NCBI GenBank assembly: GCA_016203305.1
Contig: JACQMY010000027.1
Coordinates: forward strand, 1-60,302
Reading direction: 5' to 3'
Length of the DNA stretch: 60,302 bases
From: Candidatus Woesearchaeota archaeon
Lineage (GTDB): Archaea; Nanobdellota; Nanobdellia; Woesearchaeales; ARS49
Position 1 is the first letter of the stretch; each line of letters starts with the position of its first letter. The position numbers and the translations under genes are program-made. Shown piece after piece: positions 16,202-23,966 of this stretch. The notes beneath the pieces are model-generated. The model was given only the letters and a program-made list of their open reading frames with translations, made no database searches and was not told the origin of the DNA.

Positions 16202-17035
16202 ATGAAGGTTCTTCCCGCTACTGCTTTGAGTGCGTGGGTTTCTTGTCCTCGTCAATTTTTCATGCAGTATGTTGTTGGCAAGGAGGTTAGGTTGAATCGT
16301 GCGATGGCTCTTGGCTTGGTTAAGCATAAGGTGCACGAACTGGTTAGCAGGGAGGAGGAGCGTTTGGTGTGCGCGTTGCGCTCAAATGATGCTGTTCAGC
16401 AGGTTTTGGAGCGTGAATGTATTGCCTTGTTGCGTTCTGCTGTTGTGCATAATTCTAATGTTTTGCGTTCTGTTCAGGTTACTTTGTCTGATGCTTTTCA
16501 GCAGAGTGTTGCTGTTGCCAAGGCGAGCGCTTCTGATTGCTGTGCTCGTGTTGTTCCGTTGCTCGCGCAGGGTTTGCAGGGTGAGGCGTTATGGCATGCT
16601 TTGGTGCCTAAGGTTAAGTCTGAGTATGCTGTTCAGAGTAAGGTGTTGGGCTTGAAGGGGCGTATTGACCGTTTGGAGATTCATGGTGCGCGTTTAGTTC
16701 CTGTGGAGATTAAAAGTGGTAAAGTGCCTGTTGATGGGGTGTTTGACCATCATCGTATTCAGGTGGCGAGTTATGCTTTGTTGTTGGAGGAATTGTTTCA
16801 GACTTCTGTGCCTGAGGCCATTGTTCACTATGTTGATGGTAGTGCTAGGCGTTCTGTTGTTCTTAACCCTTTTACTAGGGACTGGGTGCTTGATGTTGCT
16901 GCTAAAGCCAGGTCAGCATGGGAATCCTGTGTTGTTCCTAAGGGTTGTGGTCATGATGGTTGTGCTGCTTGTGTTGAGTGTGATTCTGCTGCTGTTCTTA
17001 GTCAACTGGAAGCGCGTAGAGAAAAGTTTAAATAG
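16202..17035 (+). CDS. Cas4/RecB-like PD-(D/E)xK nuclease with 4-Cys cluster
   Basis: N-terminal Cys (SCPRQ), GRIDRL...VEIKSGK, QVASY, and C-terminal CGHDGCAACVEC. ATG 16202 chosen. No other cas genes or CRISPR array are present in the window. Confidence 0.7.
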   Translation: MKVLPATALSAWVSCPRQFFMQYVVGKEVRLNRAMALGLVKHKVHELVSREEERLVCALRSNDAVQQVLERECIALLRSAVVHNSNVLRSVQVTLSDAFQQSVAVAKASASDCCARVVPLLAQGLQGEALWHALVPKVKSEYAVQSKVLGLKGRIDRLEIHGARLVPVEIKSGKVPVDGVFDHHRIQVASYALLLEELFQTSVPEAIVHYVDGSARRSVVLNPFTRDWVLDVAAKARSAWESCVVPKGCGHDGCAACVECDSAAVLSQLEARREKFK

Positions 17036-17079
17036 CTTGGCGTGGTGTTGTCATTTCATAACAGTAAAGGTGATTGGCA

Positions 17080-17343
17080 ATGGTTGATGATCAAAAGAAG
17101 TTCTCGAAGCAGTTGATTGGTAAGACTGTTGTTAGCAAGAGTGGTAAGCGTTTTGGTGAGGTTGGTGATATTGTTTTTGAGACTAAGAGTGGAGAGCTTA
17201 TTCATGTTGTTTTGAAGAGTCCTACGCAATATACTGAAAAGCTTGAGTTGGAGAAGAGCAAGTCTGGTGAGTTGTTGATTCCTTTCAGCTCTGTTATTGC
17301 TATGGGTGACTTCCTCGTTATTTCTGAGGAAGACATAGTTTAA
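17080..17343 (+). CDS. PRC-barrel domain protein
   Basis: LIGKTVVSKSGKRFGEVGDIVFETKSGELIHVVL. SD aaaggtgat precedes ATG 17080. Confidence 0.7.
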   Translation: MVDDQKKFSKQLIGKTVVSKSGKRFGEVGDIVFETKSGELIHVVLKSPTQYTEKLELEKSKSGELLIPFSSVIAMGDFLVISEEDIV

Positions 17344-17371
17344 GTTGTAGCTAGCTAGTGGCAGGCGCACC

Positions 17372-17491
17372 GACTACAAACTACACACTACAAACTAACG
17401 GCCAATAGCTAGGTTGAAGGTGTAAGGTTGAAGGGTGAAGATCTTCTGTCTTCGTCCTTCTCCCTTCCACCTTAGTCCTACATCCTACAAA
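17372..17491 (+). repeat. heptad array with inverted arm (hairpin)
   Basis: actacaa|actacac|actacaa|actaacg|gccaata, then the G-rich arm ggttgaaggtgtaaggttgaagggtgaag, then cttcgtccttctcccttccacc ... ctacaaa. Confidence 0.85.
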
Positions 17492-17524
17492 CTTTTTTAT
17501 ACTTCTACAGAGCGCGGTTTGTTT

Positions 17525-18484
17525 ATGGACGGAGAGAGCACGATCTGGACTGAGAAGTATCGCCCTAAGAGTTTTGAGGAGTTGACTGGTCAGGAGGAGA
17601 TTGTTGAGAAGCTTGCTGCTTTTGTTAAGCAGCGGAACGTTCCTCACCTGTTGTTTGCCGGTCCTGCTGGTGTTGGTAAGAGTACTCTTGCTTTGGTTGT
17701 TGCTCGTTCTTTGTTTGGTGATAAGTGGCGTGAGAATTTTCTTGAGCTGAACTCTAGTGATGAGCGGGGTATCGATGTTGTGCGTGTTAAGGTGAAGGAT
17801 TTTGCCAGGACTAAGGCGATTGGCGACGTTCCTTTTAAGATTATTTTTCTGGACGAGTGTGATGCTTTGACTAAGGAGGCTCAGCAGGCTCTTCGTAGGA
17901 CGATGGAGAATTATACTGCTACTTGTCGTTTTATTCTTGCTGCGAACTATAGCAGTAAGATTATTGATCCTATTCAGAGCAGGTGTGCTGTTTTCCGTTT
18001 TAGGCCGTTGTCTGCTGAGCAGATTTCTCAGCTTGTTGACCGTATTGCGAAGCAGGAGGGTGTTTCTATTGATCCTAAGGCAAAGGAGGCTTTGGTTGCT
18101 GTTGCTGATGGTGATTGTCGTCGTTTGACTAATATTTTGCAGAGCTGTGCTGCTTTGTCCAAGCATTTGACTCCTGAGACGGTTTTTTCTCTTGCTAGCG
18201 TTGCTAGTCCTGCTGAGGTTAAGGAAGTGATGGCTTCTGCTTTGAAGGGCGATTTTATCATTGCGCGTGGTAAGTTGTTGGATGTTATGTTGCGTTATGG
18301 TCTTTCTGGTCTTGATGCTGTTAAGCAGATTCAGCAGGAAGTTTGGAACTTGCAGATTGATAATCGTAAGAAGGTTGCTTTGATTGACAAGTGTGGCGAA
18401 ACAGAATTTAGAATTGTTGAAGGTGCTGACGAGTTTATTCAACTGGAGGCTTTGTTGGCTCAGTTTGTGGTTGCTGGACAATGA
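17525..18484 (+). CDS. rfcS: replication factor C small subunit
   Basis: WTEKYRP, GPAGVGKST, DECD, SRC motifs. TATA ttttttatac about 25 nt upstream of ATG 17525. The ORF-track start at 17435 reads through the heptad array. Confidence 0.93.
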   Translation: MDGESTIWTEKYRPKSFEELTGQEEIVEKLAAFVKQRNVPHLLFAGPAGVGKSTLALVVARSLFGDKWRENFLELNSSDERGIDVVRVKVKDFARTKAIGDVPFKIIFLDECDALTKEAQQALRRTMENYTATCRFILAANYSSKIIDPIQSRCAVFRFRPLSAEQISQLVDRIAKQEGVSIDPKAKEALVAVADGDCRRLTNILQSCAALSKHLTPETVFSLASVASPAEVKEVMASALKGDFIIARGKLLDVMLRYGLSGLDAVKQIQQEVWNLQIDNRKKVALIDKCGETEFRIVEGADEFIQLEALLAQFVVAGQ

Positions 18485-18942
18485 GGCTGCTTGAGGGTGC
18501 TGATCTTGAGACTGCAGTGAGTTGGATGGCTTTTGCGGCAGTCGAGGCCGAGGATTCTTCTTGCAGAAAGGCAAAGCGCGGTGTTGTTCTAGTTCGGGGG
18601 GGGGGTTGCTTATTGGGAAGGGTCATAACGCTCCTCCTTGTGGGTTTGCGTGTGAGCCAAGGTATTGTGAGCCTAGTTGTTCAGGTTATGCTGTGCATGC
18701 TGAGATGAATGCGCTTGCTGATGCTGTGCGTGGTGGGTGTGATGTTCGTGGTTCTACTATGTATCAGGTTCGTGTGGAGGATGGTGTTATACAGGATTCG
18801 CGTCCTCCTGTGTCCTGATTGTAGTAAGCACTTGTTGGCGTTTGGTGTTGCGTATTTTGTGTTGAAGCACGCTGCTGGTGTTACTGTTTATGATGTGAGC
18901 GAATTGCACGTGCTTGGCTTGGATAACGCGCGAAATAAATAA
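18481..18942 (+). pseudogene. dCMP/cytidine deaminase-family gene interrupted by two frameshifts
   Basis: Three frames join to give SSCRKAKRGVVLVRGG / LLIGKGHNAPP...HAEMNAL...SRPP / CPDCSKHLL (HAExNA and PCxxC zinc motifs). The breaks are at the G10 run (18596-18605) and at about 18810. ATGA overlap with rfcS. Confidence 0.75.
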
Positions 18943-18946
18943 TCGT

Positions 18947-19040
18947 CTACACACTACCAACAGCCTTCGTCCTAATGCCCAACGCCTACTACCTACGCAC
19001 TACTTACTACAAACTATCTTCATCCTACGTTCTAACCTAT
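18947..19040 (+). repeat. heptad array
   Basis: ctacacactaccaacagccttcgtcctaatgcccaacgcctactacctacgcactacttactacaaactatcttcatcctacg, between convergent genes. Confidence 0.8.
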
Positions 19041-19978
19041 TACTGTTCTCCAGAACTCTTTACTGTTATTGTTGTTTGTATGCTTTGTTCGTAGTCGTAT
19101 GATAGTTCGATGTTGACTAGTTGTTCAAAGTCTGTTTTTGTGGTTATCGGCTGTGTGCAGCTGATGGTTTTGATGCCGCCATATAGTGTTGTCCATCCTG
19201 CTGCTCCGTTTGCAGTGCTTTCCAATGCCGTGCATTGTAGTCCTGCTATTCCGGTGTTGACTGTTACGTAAACTCTGTCTTCGTTTTTGCGGTCACTTCT
19301 ATCGCAGTTTTTGGCTCGTTCGAAGACGTTTCCTGTTCCTGCGTTGCGTACGTCAAATGTGAATCCTATTCTGTCTTTGCTTCGCGTGCTTTCTTTGAAG
19401 TTTGTTGCTTGTACTGGGCTTCCGCTGTTGTGGACTGGTTTGTCTTGGTTTATTTCGCAGATGCCGCCTGTTTCTGGGTTTAGCAGGTCTTCTCGTACGC
19501 ATATTTTGCTTACTGCTTTGGTTTTGTACAAATAGCATGCTTCTGCTCTTAGTGTGTATTGTGTTGTTGCTCCTGCTATTTTGCTTTTGTAATTCATTCC
19601 TGTGAATTCTACGAATGCAGGTGGTGGCGCTATTGTTTGTCCTTGTGGTGTTTTTCTTTGTTCTATCACGTCGTCTGGGCTTACTCGTGTTAGTTCTGCT
19701 TCTGTTTTGCTGAATTCTGCAGGGTTTATTCCGCTGAGCTTGACTCTTACGTTTTCTTTTGGAACTAGTGTTTCTCCTTTGTTTTCCAGTCTTACAACAA
19801 CGTCAAATGGGTCTGTTCCGCCGTCAAACACGTCTTTTCTTAGGTTTTCAAAGCTTAATTGGAGTCCTTGTGCGCCGCCTACAAATGGGCTTTCCAGGTT
19901 GACTGCTTGTTTTTTGGGTTCTTGTTTGCATCCGATTAGGAGAATTGTTAGTATTGCTAAAATTATGATTTTTTTCAT
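19040..19978 (-). CDS. secreted lipobox protein, paralog family member 1 (unknown function)
   Basis: Signal peptide ending LLIGC. Shares ACY.Y.T.A...(I/V)C, a G(S/Q)(P/GAP)V.(A/V)T block and F.(I/V).(V/I)(R/Q)N.G.G with 20088..21032 and 21152..22078. Confidence 0.75.
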   Translation of the reverse strand: MKKIIILAILTILLIGCKQEPKKQAVNLESPFVGGAQGLQLSFENLRKDVFDGGTDPFDVVVRLENKGETLVPKENVRVKLSGINPAEFSKTEAELTRVSPDDVIEQRKTPQGQTIAPPPAFVEFTGMNYKSKIAGATTQYTLRAEACYLYKTKAVSKICVREDLLNPETGGICEINQDKPVHNSGSPVQATNFKESTRSKDRIGFTFDVRNAGTGNVFERAKNCDRSDRKNEDRVYVTVNTGIAGLQCTALESTANGAAGWTTLYGGIKTISCTQPITTKTDFEQLVNIELSYDYEQSIQTTITVKSSGEQ

Positions 19979-20046
19979 TGTTTCCTCTTTTATGTGTTCT
20001 TCAGAATACTGTTTTTATAAACTTTGTGTCGTACAGTACGCGGGGA

Positions 20047-20090
20047 GTCTTCATTCCTCCGCCTTCTTCCTACAGCCTAGCGCCTACTTA
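20047..20090 (+). repeat. heptad array
   Basis: tcttcattcctccgccttcttcctacagcctagcgcctactta, between two minus-strand genes. C-rich on +. Confidence 0.75.
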
Positions 20091-21032
20091 CGGCACTGCT
20101 CTTATCTCTATTGGTTTGGCTATGCTTTGTCTGTACCCGTATCTTATGATTACGTTTAGCGGTGTTAAGTATGCTGTTTGTCCTTGTGCGTCTACTTCGC
20201 AGAAGACTTGTCCTGCGCCGTTTACTAGTCTTACGTGGCCGTCTTTGTCTAGTCCTTTGCATGTTGGCTTAATGCTTGTTCCTGAGATCTGGACATCGGT
20301 AAACTGGACAAAGTCAACTTCGTCAAATGCGAGTCCGGGGCTATAGGGACTGCATTTGTTGATGTATTGTGTTCCGTAGCGGAAGACGTTTCCTCCTCCA
20401 ACGTTTTGTATGTTGATGATGAATCTTGTTTTGCTTGGTTGTGGTTCTACTTGTACACTGGTGACTGCTATTGGGGCGCCTTGGCTTCCTGTGCCTGCTG
20501 TGGTGGGGGTGCAGACTTTTTGGACGTTTGTTGGTGCATAGGGTTGTGGATCTATGCAGACTTGTGCGCTTGCTATTGTTTCGTAGTTGTAGCATGCTGT
20601 TGCGAGTATGAGTGGTTGGTACTTGTCTATTCTTTTGTCTGTTAGGCTTCGTATTTGGCCTTTCCAGTTCAGTGTGTCAAATCCTCCTCTGCTGATGAAT
20701 GCTGTTCTGCCGTCTAGTATTGGTATTGGCATGCCGTCCATTCCTATGCCTGTGATTATGTTGTGGTCAAATCCGGATAAATACACTCTGTCTCCTCCGC
20801 CTCCTATTTTGCTCGTTCCTACATTTTCTATTTGTAGCATTACGTTGAATGGGTCTCTGTCGTACATTCGTGATGGTGGCAGGTTTTGCACAAACTGGAG
20901 TGTTATTCCTTGGCTTCCTGTTCTGAAGTCTGTTGGTTGTGGTGCTTGTTTTGATGGCTGTATTTGGCATGCGAGTAGTGCTACCAGAAGTAATGCTGCC
21001 ATCACGCTCTTTTTCATGTTCTTGTCTTTCAT
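20088..21032 (-). CDS. secreted lipobox protein, paralog family member 2
   Basis: Signal peptide ending ALLAC. Conserved ATACYNYETIASAQVCID, GSQGAPIAVTSV and INIQNVGGGN. Confidence 0.75.
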   Translation of the reverse strand: MKDKNMKKSVMAALLLVALLACQIQPSKQAPQPTDFRTGSQGITLQFVQNLPPSRMYDRDPFNVMLQIENVGTSKIGGGGDRVYLSGFDHNIITGIGMDGMPIPILDGRTAFISRGGFDTLNWKGQIRSLTDKRIDKYQPLILATACYNYETIASAQVCIDPQPYAPTNVQKVCTPTTAGTGSQGAPIAVTSVQVEPQPSKTRFIINIQNVGGGNVFRYGTQYINKCSPYSPGLAFDEVDFVQFTDVQISGTSIKPTCKGLDKDGHVRLVNGAGQVFCEVDAQGQTAYLTPLNVIIRYGYRQSIAKPIEIRAVP

Positions 21033-21074
21033 TGAACTCTTTTTAAATACTTTTTGGTGTGTTGTGGCCCACTG

Positions 21075-21156
21075 TCTTCATTCTTCCGCCTTATTCCTTC
21101 GTCCTATATCCTAATGCCTACAACCTAAAGCTAACAGCTAATAGCCAACAACTAAC
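21075..21156 (+). repeat. heptad array
   Basis: cttcattcttccgccttattccttcgtcctatatcctaatgcctacaacctaaagctaacagctaatagccaacaactaac. Overlaps the stop of 21152..22078. Confidence 0.8.
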
Positions 21157-22078
21157 ATGGTGGTTGTCCCGGCAGCCTTGTTATAGTGACTGGCAGTACT
21201 GCTGTGTTCATGTATCCGTAGTCGAGTTGTACTTCTAGGATTGTGCTGAACGTGCCTTCGAGTTGGCCGTAGCTTTTGCCTGCTCTGCAGACTATTCGTG
21301 TTTCCTTGCCTTCTTCTAGGCGTGCTTGTCTTGGTGTGCAATCTAGTTGTTCGTCTTGTAGTTGTACGTTTACGTCTACTCTGCTTTCTAGTGTTGCTGT
21401 TTCTGATGTTCCGCATGCTGCTTCTACTGCGTCCTGGCTTATTGCTCTTCCGTTGCCGAGGTTTTGTACGTATATGACGAATGTTGGCTTTACGTTTGGC
21501 CCGTCTGGTGTCATGCTTGGCTCGACGCGTGTTACTGCTACTGGTGCTCCCTGTCCTCCGCCGAGTGAGGTTAGTTGTGCTCTGCAGGTTTTTTGCGGGT
21601 TTAGATTGCGCAGGTCTGGGTCTATGCATACTGGCACGCCTGCGTACGTTTCGTAGTCATAGCATGCTTGGAAAATGACTGGGGTGTCGTATACTTCTAG
21701 TTGGCTTGGCAGCCCTGGATTTCTTACTTTTAGTGCTACTTGTTGTATTCCTCCTGTTGGGTTGTATTGGCTTTTTCCTTCTAGGTTGAATGTTTTTTGG
21801 CGTTCTCTTTTTTGTGTTGGCTGTATCACTTGGTCTTCCAAAATAAAACTATACACGCCGTTTTCTATGTCTGCTGTTCCGAGATTTTTTAGCATTAGTA
21901 ATAGGTCTGCTTCTTGGCACATGTAGATGTTGTTCATGCTTGTTGGTTGAAATCTTGCGTCTAGTGCTTGTGTTCCTGTTGCTATGTATGGTGGCATTTG
22001 TGTTTGTTGTCCGAATTGGAACTGGCATGCCGCGAGGAGTAACAAGCTAATTGCCAAAAGCCAAACGCCGTTCTTCAT
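21152..22078 (-). CDS. secreted lipobox protein, paralog family member 3
   Basis: Signal peptide ending LLAAC. Conserved FQACYDYETYAGVPVCID, GGQGAPVAVTRV and IYVQNLGNG. Confidence 0.75.
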   Translation of the reverse strand: MKNGVWLLAISLLLLAACQFQFGQQTQMPPYIATGTQALDARFQPTSMNNIYMCQEADLLLMLKNLGTADIENGVYSFILEDQVIQPTQKRERQKTFNLEGKSQYNPTGGIQQVALKVRNPGLPSQLEVYDTPVIFQACYDYETYAGVPVCIDPDLRNLNPQKTCRAQLTSLGGGQGAPVAVTRVEPSMTPDGPNVKPTFVIYVQNLGNGRAISQDAVEAACGTSETATLESRVDVNVQLQDEQLDCTPRQARLEEGKETRIVCRAGKSYGQLEGTFSTILEVQLDYGYMNTAVLPVTITRLPGQPPC

Positions 22079-22236
22079 CCTTCCACCTTCGTCCTACAAT
22101 CACTAGCTTTTAGCCTTTGGCCTTTAGCCGTTAGTACTAATAGCCAACAGCCAATTGCTAATAGCCAAAAGCCTACATCCTTCGTCCTAACGCCTAATGC
22201 CCAACGCCTAATGCCTACTTCCTTCACCCTTTGGCT
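22079..22236 (+). repeat. heptad array (about 22 units)
   Basis: ccttcca|ccttcgt|cctacaa|tcactag|cttttag|cctttgg|cctttag|ccgttag|tactaat|agccaac|agccaat|tgctaat|agccaaa|agcctac|... Starts immediately after the ATG of 21152..22078. Confidence 0.88.
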
Positions 22237-23834
22237 CATCTTCTTTCCTCTTCTATCGTCACATCAACTGTCTTTTTGATGCGGAAGACGTAGTCTATTT
22301 CTGTTTTAAAGCTTCTTATCGCGAGTGGCGCATTGGCAAGGAGTTGTTGTGTGCTTGCTAGGTCTGTCTGTATTCTTATTGTTTTGAATGGTTGTGCTAG
22401 GTCTTCTTCGCTGTATAATTCTTTTAGTTGTTCTTCTGTGAACGTGCATACTTGTTCCTTTGTCTTGCTTGCCGTGCAGCTTGGCGTTATAAAGTCGTAT
22501 CCGCTTATGCTTTCAAACTGTAGTCCTGGTGGTAGTGTTACTTGTAGTCCTTTGAGTTTTATTAGTTGTCCGTCCACCCATGCTCGTTCTAGTGTGAGCG
22601 TGAGTGTTGGTCCTATGTCTTGGTCTTTGATGAGTGTGACTGGTTGTTTTCCTGCTTTCATTCCTATTCTCATTGGTCCTGCTGTGTATATTGCTGCGGG
22701 GTTTTGGTCTGTTATTTGGAATGCGTCTAGTGGTTCTGTTCCTTGTCGTCTGTAGCTTCTTACTGTTTCTTGGTCCATGAAGTAGCTTTTCAGGTATGCT
22801 GATGTTGTGAAGTCAAAGGCTGCTTCGAGTGCTATTGTGTAACTGCCTGTTTTGTTTAGCTTGCTTGCTGGGATGAAACAGTCAATGTCTAGTACTTCGT
22901 GTTCTTCTATGGTGAATGTTGGTTGTGGTCTGATGCTTCCTGCTGTTTTTGTTGTTTGCTCGCTGCAGTTTAGGGTTATTCTGAGCGGTTCTCCTTCGAT
23001 TGTTGTTTTGTAGCTTTCTGCTCTTAGGCGTGCGTATGCGTCGATGACTCCTGTTTTCGAAACTGTTTTGTCTACAACATTTACATCTTCCAAAAATACT
23101 CCTAGTGGTTTGGTGCTTTGTGCTTCTACTCCTGCTTCGTAGTCTCCTGTCGCGATGAGCATTTGTCTTCTGATTTCTTCTTGTGTTCCTGTGACGATTG
23201 TTTTGCTTCCTTTTGTGAGGCTGCTCCATGCTTCTGTCCATGCTTTTTGTTGGCCTTCTAGTGCGCTGTATGCCAGCCCGCTGCTTGGGAACATTCTGTA
23301 CCCGCTTAGTCCTACGAAAAATCCATAGAAGATGAGGTTTGCGAGGAGCACGATGACAAGGGCCATTTTGTAGTCTTTTGCTCCTAGCGCGAAAAGCATC
23401 ACTAAGATTGGGATTGGGACGGTTAGTGCGATTGGCGCCTTGGTCAGGGTGAGTACCCAGATTAATGCTATCTGGATGGTTAGAAGTATGGTGCCGATCA
23501 GGATTCCGATGCAGAATTTGTTGCCGTGAATCGCTCCGAATATAATGGTGGCGAGGATGATGCCGAGTGGGAAGGTGATGTATGTTTGTACTTCGAATAT
23601 GCTGAGTAGTTTGTACGATACTCCAAAGAGGATGAATAGAATTAGGCCGGTTATGCCCAGTGTTATGTATTTGTGTAGGTCAAATGGTTGCGCTGGTGCT
23701 GCTTGTGTGATGATTGTTGGCGCGGGTGCTGCGGCTGCAGGTGGCGTTTTTCCTGACTTTTCAAGAAGTTTTGCTGCGATGAGACCAACTGGTCCGCCAA
23801 CCGCGGCTCCTACTAGTTTTTCTTTCCATCCCAT
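22236..23834 (-). CDS. polytopic membrane protein with large C-terminal extracytoplasmic domain (unknown)
   Basis: Ala/Pro-rich N-terminus, about 5-6 hydrophobic helices, then a roughly 330-aa beta-rich soluble domain. Same operon as the lipobox paralogs. Confidence 0.75.
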   Translation of the reverse strand: MGWKEKLVGAAVGGPVGLIAAKLLEKSGKTPPAAAAPAPTIITQAAPAQPFDLHKYITLGITGLILFILFGVSYKLLSIFEVQTYITFPLGIILATIIFGAIHGNKFCIGILIGTILLTIQIALIWVLTLTKAPIALTVPIPILVMLFALGAKDYKMALVIVLLANLIFYGFFVGLSGYRMFPSSGLAYSALEGQQKAWTEAWSSLTKGSKTIVTGTQEEIRRQMLIATGDYEAGVEAQSTKPLGVFLEDVNVVDKTVSKTGVIDAYARLRAESYKTTIEGEPLRITLNCSEQTTKTAGSIRPQPTFTIEEHEVLDIDCFIPASKLNKTGSYTIALEAAFDFTTSAYLKSYFMDQETVRSYRRQGTEPLDAFQITDQNPAAIYTAGPMRIGMKAGKQPVTLIKDQDIGPTLTLTLERAWVDGQLIKLKGLQVTLPPGLQFESISGYDFITPSCTASKTKEQVCTFTEEQLKELYSEEDLAQPFKTIRIQTDLASTQQLLANAPLAIRSFKTEIDYVFRIKKTVDVTIEEERR

Positions 23835-23966
23835 AGTGACGCGTGGTTCTTGTATGTGCTCTGGCAGGTTTGCAACGGTTTCTGTATTTTTTCTGGCTGC
23901 TTCGTCGATGACTCGTGTTGCCTATTCTGCCTCTCAAATTTTTTTGTCTCTTTTAGATCAGGCATC

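Noticed and set aside
22079-22236. The reverse complement of many heptads reads NNTTAGG or NNGAAGG, which looks telomere-like.
   Set aside because: The arrays are internal, short, degenerate and interspersed between genes throughout the window. Nothing indicates a chromosome end.
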